The notes under the pieces: generated by a model
What the model was told of the DNA's origin: nothing
Seen by the model: only the letters and a program-made list of their open reading frames with translations
The model's database searches: none
Position numbers and translations under genes: made by a program
IMG/VR virus record: IMGVR_UViG_3300021197_001243
Span: 19,757-83,756 of that record
Source of the DNA: a virus
Length of the DNA: 64,000 bases
Reading direction: 5' to 3' (one strand)
In this document: one piece after another, positions 58,420 to 64,000 of the stretch
Numbering within the stretch: the stretch's first letter is position 1
How the letters are laid out: each line of letters starts with the position of its first letter

Positions 58420-59574
58420 TTAAGCGATTCCACCATCTGTAATAGCACCAAACTTTGTAACCAAAGATGCTCTTGCTGCTGCTGCTGCACCACCGCCTGT
58501 GTATTTAGACCCTCCGAAGTTTACAGTTCCTGAATAACCAGGAGATCCTTGAGCATCCCAAGCAATAAGAGTGGCATCATAATTAGCAGTAGACATTCCT
58601 GTAATTCCATTCATAAACGTATTCATATTTGTCATAGATGCTGTAATATCCCACCCTGCAAGACTGCCTCTAAAAGCATCGCACTGGTTTAGCATATATT
58701 GAATATCTGTAAAATTACTTGTGTTCCAATTGCTAATATCACCGTTAAAACTGTCGGCACTATTAAATAATCTGTTTGTATTGCTAAGATTACTTGTGTT
58801 CCAAGAATCCACTCCTATACCTGTGAAACCTTCAGCATTTTGAAAAGCTGCGTATACACTAACACCTGACTTAAATGTCCATCCAGCTACACTTGAATTA
58901 AACCCATCAGCGTCTTTAAATGCCTCATACATACTGTCTAGCCCAGAAACATCCCAAGTTGAAAGTGGTTGGTTAAACGCAACCGCAGACATAAACATTC
59001 CCCTAATAGTAGTGGTGTTAGATGTTACCCATCCTGCTAAACTACCGTTAAATCGAAGTGAGTTTCTAAACACTTCTTGCATATTAGTAACCGTACTTGT
59101 ATCCCAATCACTAAAATCTGGGGTAGTTATTAAATCGCAATTGTAAAACATTCGATAGAATGTAGTTGCTGATATTTTTGGATAATCTGTTGCTGTTATT
59201 GTTAGGTTAGCACAGTCTTTAAAGGCGTTACTTCCCGAAGTAATATCTAATATTCCCCATTGAGAAATCTCTGTTATTTTAAGATAATCTCCTGCACCTG
59301 CAAAATTAAATCCCTTTAATACAGTACCTGTAATAGTAATGGTATAAATTCCACCTGATGCGTATGTGTGCGCTCGATTAGCATAAGACAAATCAGATGT
59401 TGAACTATCTCCCCAATCAATCGTGCCGTCTTGTGCAGGGTCGTTATCAATAGGGAGAGAAAAACCATCTCCTGCTGATTTAGATGTGTCAACAACTATA
59501 GAAAATGGAAGTACTGCCGCGGCACCTCCACCTTTACGAAATGGTACTCCTATGCCGTTTCCTAAGATTTGCAT
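58420..59574 (-). CDS. DUF285/BspA-like repeat protein with a PKD-like N-terminal domain
   Basis: IDWGDSST...HTYASGGIYTITITG, then ~25-aa repeats WDTSTVTNMQEVF, FNQPLSTWDVSGLDSMYEAF and FNGDISNWNTSNFTDIQYML. Confidence 0.8.
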   Translation of the reverse strand: MQILGNGIGVPFRKGGGAAAVLPFSIVVDTSKSAGDGFSLPIDNDPAQDGTIDWGDSSTSDLSYANRAHTYASGGIYTITITGTVLKGFNFAGAGDYLKITEISQWGILDITSGSNAFKDCANLTITATDYPKISATTFYRMFYNCDLITTPDFSDWDTSTVTNMQEVFRNSLRFNGSLAGWVTSNTTTIRGMFMSAVAFNQPLSTWDVSGLDSMYEAFKDADGFNSSVAGWTFKSGVSVYAAFQNAEGFTGIGVDSWNTSNLSNTNRLFNSADSFNGDISNWNTSNFTDIQYMLNQCDAFRGSLAGWDITASMTNMNTFMNGITGMSTANYDATLIAWDAQGSPGYSGTVNFGGSKYTGGGAAAAARASLVTKFGAITDGGIA

Positions 59575-59578
59575 TTTC

Positions 59579-59893
59579 CTACAGCATATAGATTACACAA
59601 CTACCACTACTCATTGTAATGGCTGTAATCTGTGATCCTTTAGGTACTGGAAAGTATGCCCCCGCTTTAACAGTTACACCATTCAATCCGTAGTTAGTTA
59701 GTTGAACCACTCCATCTACAGTGAATACTGTAAACACTGTATCCTCTTGTACTACCACTGAATATCCTGTCAATGCTGTGTGAGCTCCTGTACCTGTAAG
59801 ATTCTTAAACCCACCTGTAGCTATAATATTATTAAGGTCTGTAGAGTTTTGCGCAGATATCTTTGCAAAGCTTTCTCCTGTTGTTAATCCCAT
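59579..59893 (-). CDS. Hypothetical beta-rich (probably virion) protein
   Basis: 104 aa ending ITAITMSSGSCVIY; part of the late operon. Confidence 0.6.
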   Translation of the reverse strand: MGLTTGESFAKISAQNSTDLNNIIATGGFKNLTGTGAHTALTGYSVVVQEDTVFTVFTVDGVVQLTNYGLNGVTVKAGAYFPVPKGSQITAITMSSGSCVIYML

Positions 59894-59912
59894 GATTTTA
59901 AAATTTTAAAAA

Positions 59913-60275
59913 TTATGCTTTCTTCCAATATGCATACTCTAGTACGCAGCTAGCTGTATCAGCTCTTGCTTCTACACCTGCACTATCATTCACTGGAAAG
60001 AAACAGAACTCTCCTGGACTAAGCCTAGCATATTGTACACTAGCTGTAGTTTGAAGAATTACAAAGTTAGTTGCATCTGTGTTCTTTGCATAAAAGTAAT
60101 ACACTCCACTTACTGCCTCATCTACAATCTCTTGATTGTCTGCAGTAGTAATAGTCAACCTTGACATACCTACAATAGGAGCTCCAATTGTTAAAGCGTC
60201 TGTTACAGTTAAGGCTAAAGACTCTGATGTTGCATCGGTACTCGTCAGTGCCAATGTTGCTGTTAATGTTGCCAT
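59913..60275 (-). CDS. Small beta-rich virion protein (paralog of 31217-31576)
   Basis: First protein-coding gene of the minus-strand block; shares NTDATNFV, GEF and RADT motifs. Confidence 0.7.
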   Translation of the reverse strand: MATLTATLALTSTDATSESLALTVTDALTIGAPIVGMSRLTITTADNQEIVDEAVSGVYYFYAKNTDATNFVILQTTASVQYARLSPGEFCFFPVNDSAGVEARADTASCVLEYAYWKKA

Positions 60276-60329
60276 TTTATAAGTTATTTATCGCGTTAAA
60301 TATTCTTTTTTTCTTTCCCTCTAAGATAT

Positions 60330-60350
60330 AAAAAATCCCTTGAGGGAATT
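60330..60350 (-). terminator. Intrinsic terminator closing the putative ncRNA
   Basis: Minus strand AATTCCC-TCAA-GGGATT followed by a T-run. Confidence 0.55.
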
Positions 60351-60616
60351 TATTTCAGTTCCTTCTACTCTTTCAATCAGGATTTAGACTCCGCCAGTGC
60401 TTCCTTCAGATACCTAGGGTTGACCTTCTTGGTGTTAATTCACCTACACTTACCTATGTGTCGCCTTACGGCAGTCAACCCAAACTGAGTCCTATGTTCC
60501 ATCTCTTCTGTATCCTATCGGAGAAAACTCCACCTCTATTTAAGGCTACAATCCGACTTCTGACCCCTTACTGCACCATTACGGTTCCTCGTGGGTGATC
60601 ACTTTCGTGGGATACG
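60330..60616 (-). ncRNA. Putative ~285-nt structured non-coding RNA of unrecognised family
   Basis: No ORF in the track and GC-richer than its flanks. Helices GTATCC/GGATAC, GGGTTGAC/GTCAACCC and GACTC/GAGTC; hairpins CAC-GAAA-GTG, GCC-GTAA-GGC, GGAG-TTTT-CTCC and GGTG-AATTAA-CACC. Bounded by a promoter and a terminator. Confidence 0.65.
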
Positions 60617-60620
60617 GTTA

Positions 60621-60628
60621 CAAAATTA
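60621..60628 (-). promoter_or_regulatory. Bacteroidota-type -7 promoter element (TAATTTTG) for the putative ncRNA / late region
   Basis: ACTAATTTTGTAA, the same form as the promoters at 43221, 51569 and 55533. Confidence 0.65.
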
Positions 60629-60760
60629 GTATAAAAAATTCTTAATCCACCAAAAAAATTTTTGAAGAGGGAAAATTTTTGAATGCGGGTACCTACTTAG
60701 AGAACACCCCGTATCATAATTGAGTTTTTAAAATCAATTATTTAATCAAAATTATCAAAA

Positions 60761-61021
60761 ATGGACGAATTAACATTCTATTTTATCAAATTTATCGCTG
60801 AATATCGTATGATAGTCATCGAAACTGAGATTGACGAGGAACCTGAAGAGCTTCCTATCAAACTCACGCGCAAAAAGTTCGCTAAGGCTCAAGCGCTAAA
60901 CCTTAAACTTGACGACATTGTTACCAATGCCGCCAAAACTAAGTTTCTACATGAGAGTATAGTGAAGAATTTCACTAAATCTCAAGGAGCTTCTAACTGG
61001 GGTGAGAAGCGTAAGAAATAA
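60761..61021 (+). CDS. Hypothetical early protein
   Basis: 86-aa ORF with an A-rich leader, followed by a terminator. Confidence 0.7.
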   Translation: MDELTFYFIKFIAEYRMIVIETEIDEEPEELPIKLTRKKFAKAQALNLKLDDIVTNAAKTKFLHESIVKNFTKSQGASNWGEKRKK

Positions 61022-61026
61022 AATTC

Positions 61027-61051
61027 GGGGACTTAGGTCCCCTTATTTTTT
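61027..61051 (+). terminator. Intrinsic terminator
   Basis: GGGGAC-TTAG-GTCCCC followed by TTATTTTTT. Confidence 0.8.
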
Positions 61052-61226
61052 CCTATTGTGTGTGCTTATAACAACTACTGTAACGGTAGTTATAACAGCA
61101 TTACACAAATGTGTGTGGATGTGGTAACTACATCGCATTCACCACTTTTTATCCCTTTTCCTTATGTGTTATCAATAACATATATTGTAACAGTATAACA
61201 TAAACCGACTATAAAAACATAAAGTC

Positions 61227-61472
61227 ATGACAGTATCATCACACAAATTAGGAGCAATCGTAATACTTTTACTTAAATCAGATGACACAGGCACTAAGCT
61301 TGAGGGTTATACAATCCTTGAGATGTTATGTGCTGCTTACCTTGAAGGTGAAGACACTGAAGCAGGTGAGTCATTTAATAGAGTTTGGGGAGTTCTTTCA
61401 ACACCTAAGAAGGAGTATTTCGTGAAGAATGTAACGGCTTTTAAAAGCTGCTTTAAAGCGCAGAACGCATAA
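61227..61472 (+). CDS. Hypothetical early protein
   Basis: 81-aa ORF with an A-rich leader. Confidence 0.6.
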   Translation: MTVSSHKLGAIVILLLKSDDTGTKLEGYTILEMLCAAYLEGEDTEAGESFNRVWGVLSTPKKEYFVKNVTAFKSCFKAQNA

Positions 61473-61561
61473 CAATACTTTAGTCGGTGGCCTTGCTTAA
61501 TAGCGGGTCACTGACTTAACTGATAAGGTTCAAAAAGTGATTAAATCACCTTTGAATCTTT

Positions 61562-61669
61562 GGAAAGGATGCGCAATGGGGAGCTAAGTATTAACTTGAA
61601 AGGACCCTACTACAATAACTTAGCAAATCGACAATGTAGAGTCTGTCGACCATGCCTTTCCTAAACGCA
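61562..61669 (+). ncRNA. Putative multi-stem, pseudoknotted RNA element
   Basis: Stems GGAAAGG/CCTTTCC, ATGG/CCAT, GCTAAGT/ACTTAGC and TCGACA/TGTCGA; possible loop-loop pairing CTACA/TGTAG. Confidence 0.45.
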
Positions 61670-61705
61670 CACTATGTAATTACAAATCAAATCATATAAA
61701 ATCAA

Positions 61706-62074
61706 ATGAAAGTATTAGCTTATTTCAGACCAGATAAAACTGATAGAAACTGGTTCAACCTTTTAGTACATTATGCAGTTAACAATGCTTATGGTGGTTA
61801 CTATAAAATTGTAGCTGTTGAGAATATTGGTGGATTGTCTGACATTCTATTAGGTGGTAATTCAGTTAAATGTGTTCAAACTAAGGATGAATTGGTAGCT
61901 ATGACAGCTAGACTTGAAGAACGTGCTAAACGTAATAGTACTACTATTGAAGATGGTAAGGGTAATTCAGTCTATCAGAATAGTATGATAGATTCATATG
62001 TTGACAGACAAATGGATGAACAGTATGATCCATATGATGATCCAACTGATAATATCAATTTGCAACAGTTATAG
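61706..62074 (+). CDS. Hypothetical early protein
   Basis: 122-aa ORF with an AAATCA-rich leader. Confidence 0.7.
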   Translation: MKVLAYFRPDKTDRNWFNLLVHYAVNNAYGGYYKIVAVENIGGLSDILLGGNSVKCVQTKDELVAMTARLEERAKRNSTTIEDGKGNSVYQNSMIDSYVDRQMDEQYDPYDDPTDNINLQQL

Positions 62075-62079
62075 AAACT

Positions 62080-62425
62080 AACGCCTGATGCAATCAACTG
62101 AAGAGTTGACAGGTATGATGATAAGCACTTACGTGTTTGGTTTATTATCATTGGGTTAGAGGACCCAAGACACCTCATGAAAGTGAACACGAGTCGTCAA
62201 CCGGGGAAACGGTACAGGGAGGGTAAGCAGTCCTCCTATATTTTATTGTGTGCAGATAAAATATATAACCTAACTAATCCTGAAGAAAACAGGTCGCACA
62301 TAAGAAAAGGTCAAGGTAGCATTAGACAATCTTATAACATTGACATGAATGAAGAGATCGCTTGCACTTAAACTAGGCGACGGATGATGGTAGTGAAGGC
62401 TAATAGCTACCATCATCTAGTGCAT
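62080..62425 (+). ncRNA. Putative structured non-coding region (dense hairpin array)
   Basis: About ten consecutive stems, including ATGATGATAAGC/GTTTATTATCAT and a perfect 11-bp GATGATGGTAG/CTACCATCATC. Confidence 0.45.
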
Positions 62426-62456
62426 TTTTATACAATCATTTAAAATCATAATAATC

Positions 62457-62714
62457 ATGAAATATTATTCAATAGAGAATGTCATATTAGTAGCGCATTG
62501 CAAAGAATGCAATTACATAGCTACGTTAATACCTGCAACAGGTAAATTAACAGGTGGACCAGCAGATGGAAACACTCTTTTACGAGAGTTGACTAAAAAT
62601 TGCACTGAAACAGATCCGAAAACATTTCAGGAGTTTATTGCAAAGCCTGCAAACAGCATGGATGCTGAAGAAATAGTAGTTTATTACAAAACCCTTGAAA
62701 ATACTAAATCATGA
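62457..62714 (+). CDS. Hypothetical early protein with a CxxC motif
   Basis: 85-aa ORF with HCKEC; preceded by the repeated AATCATTTAAAATCATAA leader. Confidence 0.65.
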   Translation: MKYYSIENVILVAHCKECNYIATLIPATGKLTGGPADGNTLLRELTKNCTETDPKTFQEFIAKPANSMDAEEIVVYYKTLENTKS

Positions 62715-63424
62715 AAAGCACTATAGCAAAAGTAGTTTACCTTGGAATACTACCTGCAATGGGTACGTATATGCTCTTATTCTCAATGTTTCACATAGAA
62801 TTGGGCCATTTATATGATACAGTTATGCTGAGTTCTGAATCGGACACTGCATTAAAACTTGTAGGCATTATAATGTGTGCAATGACATGGTTTGCAGCAT
62901 TTCAGTACTGGAACTTCTTTATAAGGGAGTTTTCAGTACAAATGACTGAGGCTGAAGTTGATGAGTATAAAGAGTATGAAGAAAGTTATGATGAAGGTTA
63001 TAATGAAGATTATGATGAAAGTTATAATGAACCTGAAAAGGTTGAACTTGATTCACCTGTTAAAAGAGTATGTAAACCTTTTACAATTGAACATCCTGAA
63101 AAATGGATGAAAGATGCTCAGGGTTCTTGGGGTAATGGGTATGTACTCATATCATCTGATCATCCTTGGTCAGGAAGAGATGCTGATTATATTGAGCATT
63201 CTTCTTTACAAGAGTTAACTTTCTCTGGCACATTTGGTCATGACACACTTAAATATGCAGGTTTTGAGAAAGAAATCTATGAAAATGCTGATCAATATTG
63301 GGTGTTTGGATTTGATACTTTGCATACATACAATAGTCCAATTAATAATGAAGATTGGGTTAGAAGAGAAGCTATTGAATTAGCTGATTTGTTTAGAAAA
63401 GAATTTATAGAGGGGGTCGATTGA
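62711..63424 (+). CDS. Two-TM membrane protein fused to a conserved phage domain
   Basis: Two hydrophobic helices, an acidic Tyr-repeat linker, then WGNGYVLISSDHPW...LTFSG...WVFGFDTLH (resembles the phage GYVxxPxxHP...GLTF...WxxGFD family). Confidence 0.7.
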   Translation: MKSTIAKVVYLGILPAMGTYMLLFSMFHIELGHLYDTVMLSSESDTALKLVGIIMCAMTWFAAFQYWNFFIREFSVQMTEAEVDEYKEYEESYDEGYNEDYDESYNEPEKVELDSPVKRVCKPFTIEHPEKWMKDAQGSWGNGYVLISSDHPWSGRDADYIEHSSLQELTFSGTFGHDTLKYAGFEKEIYENADQYWVFGFDTLHTYNSPINNEDWVRREAIELADLFRKEFIEGVD

Positions 63425-63434
63425 CCTCCTCTAT
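63407..63434 (+). repeat. Conserved 12-bp hairpin over a stop codon, copy 1
   Basis: ATAGAGGGGGTC-GATT-GACCTCCTCTAT; near-identical copy at 63768-63795. Confidence 0.85.
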
Positions 63435-63458
63435 TCAAATCATTTAAAATCATAAGAT

Positions 63459-63785
63459 ATGACTGAACTAGAAAGAATTTCGCATCTTTTAGACAACGTA
63501 AAAGCTGCTAAAATTGATCATGTTATTGACCTTGATCCTGAAGATTTTAAAAGAAGCTCTTTTATTTTGCATGAAGATCATACAGAGGAAGAGTTTAAAT
63601 CCTTTAAAGAGTTTATGGGTCATTTAGAAATAAATGATGCAAGCGAATTATGGGGTACTATTTGGCTAAAAGATGATGATGCAGCTTGGCTAGAAACAGT
63701 ATTTGACAGCGATGGTTATGGAGGAACATGGTACATGAGAGCCATACCTCCAACGCCTAAAAGAACTGTAGAGGAGGTCGATTGA
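63459..63785 (+). CDS. Hypothetical acidic phage protein
   Basis: 108 aa; ELWGTIWLKD...WL...DGYGGTW resembles a common small phage protein family. Confidence 0.7.
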   Translation: MTELERISHLLDNVKAAKIDHVIDLDPEDFKRSSFILHEDHTEEEFKSFKEFMGHLEINDASELWGTIWLKDDDAAWLETVFDSDGYGGTWYMRAIPPTPKRTVEEVD

Positions 63786-63795
63786 CCTTCTCTAT
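63768..63795 (+). repeat. Conserved 12-bp hairpin over a stop codon, copy 2
   Basis: GTAGAGGAGGTC-GATT-GACCTTCTCTAT. Confidence 0.85.
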
Positions 63796-64000
63796 TTAAG
63801 ATAAAGTATGAGGCATTATGGTAAACTCTTGACAGCCATAATGTAAACTCCAAGCATATGTGAAATCGGACATGTGTGGGTTAACAAGCCGTGATGAGAT
63901 AGACCTTCATCAAAACAAAAAGTAAGAACTTGGTAAGTCAAGCTAGTTCTGAATCATAGTAGTACGTAATGCTATGAACGGGCACATATGGTAGGCTATT

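Noticed and set aside
58410-58493. Poly-Gln N-terminal extension of the 99-aa ORF
   Set aside because: It is an alternative-frame reading of the Ala-rich end of the DUF285 gene. The real start is more plausibly the ATG at 58409.
2412-59635. Numerous 60-185 aa plus-strand ORFs in the track (e.g. 13067-13624, 32266-32610, 52843-53208) and short out-of-frame minus-strand ORFs nested inside large genes
   Set aside because: They are shadows of long, motif-bearing minus-strand genes, with Ser/Leu/Phe-rich antisense composition and no recognisable motifs.
572-60275. Stop-codon reassignment (TAG or TGA), as found in some crAss-like phages
   Set aside because: Very long genes are intact in the standard code, and TAG, TGA and TAA all end genes at tightly coupled boundaries. 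No suppressor tRNA was seen.
60330-60616. tRNA, tmRNA or RNase P identity for the structured RNA
   Set aside because: No TTCGA T-loop or CCA acceptor arrangement, no tag reading frame and no GAGGAAAGTCC RNase P signature were seen.
62188-62240. Resemblance to group II intron domains V/VI (GAGTCG...GGGAAA...AC...GGGAGGG...CTCCTAT)
   Set aside because: The 3' strand of the lower DV stem and the AGC/CGC triad are missing. There is no upstream intron body or reverse transcriptase.
62095-62295. Hammerhead ribozyme cores (CTGAAGA at ~62098 and ~62280)
   Set aside because: CTGAAGA sits in simple hairpins. I could not place a stem II followed by GAAA and a cleavage triplet in the required geometry.
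62177-62371. 64-aa plus-strand ORF, and the 71-aa minus-strand ORF at 61975-62190
   Set aside because: Both lack the A-rich leader used by neighbouring genes and lie in a hairpin-tiled region better explained as non-coding. Not fully excluded.

Overview
This 64-kb window is most of a crAss-like (Crassvirales-type) phage genome. It uses the standard genetic code and probably infects an environmental Bacteroidota host: it has TAnnTTTG promoters, A-rich Shine-Dalgarno-free leaders, and SprB-, GCTD- and DUF285-like repeats. Positions 1-536 (+) hold the end of a spore-photoproduct-lyase-like gene and a small ORF. Positions 572-60275 (-) form one long late/virion block. In order of transcription it contains: small virion genes, a DUF285 protein, a lysis cassette, a 3'-5' exonuclease, GroES-like and HU-like genes, terminase, portal, a 1870-aa modular protein, a scaffold-like gene, the major capsid protein, ring/tail/fibre genes, the muzzle, and large cargo proteins including a 4324-aa virion RNA polymerase (DFDID motif). 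Positions 60761-64000 (+) are small early-type genes separated by unusually structured intergenic DNA. Four observations stand out. (1) A repeated [YFH]-[QKER]-x-[GA]-G peptide signal divides the 1870-aa protein into modules and recurs in three other putative virion proteins; it is a candidate packaging or cleavage signal for a polyprotein-like cargo system. (2) A discrete ~285-nt structured ncRNA has its own promoter and terminator at the head of the late region, and further structured RNAs lie in the early region. (3) An ADP-ribosyltransferase-like domain is inserted in the virion RNA polymerase. (4) Two apparently leaderless late promoters share a conserved upstream box. All assignments come from motif recognition by eye; no database searches or folding programs were run.
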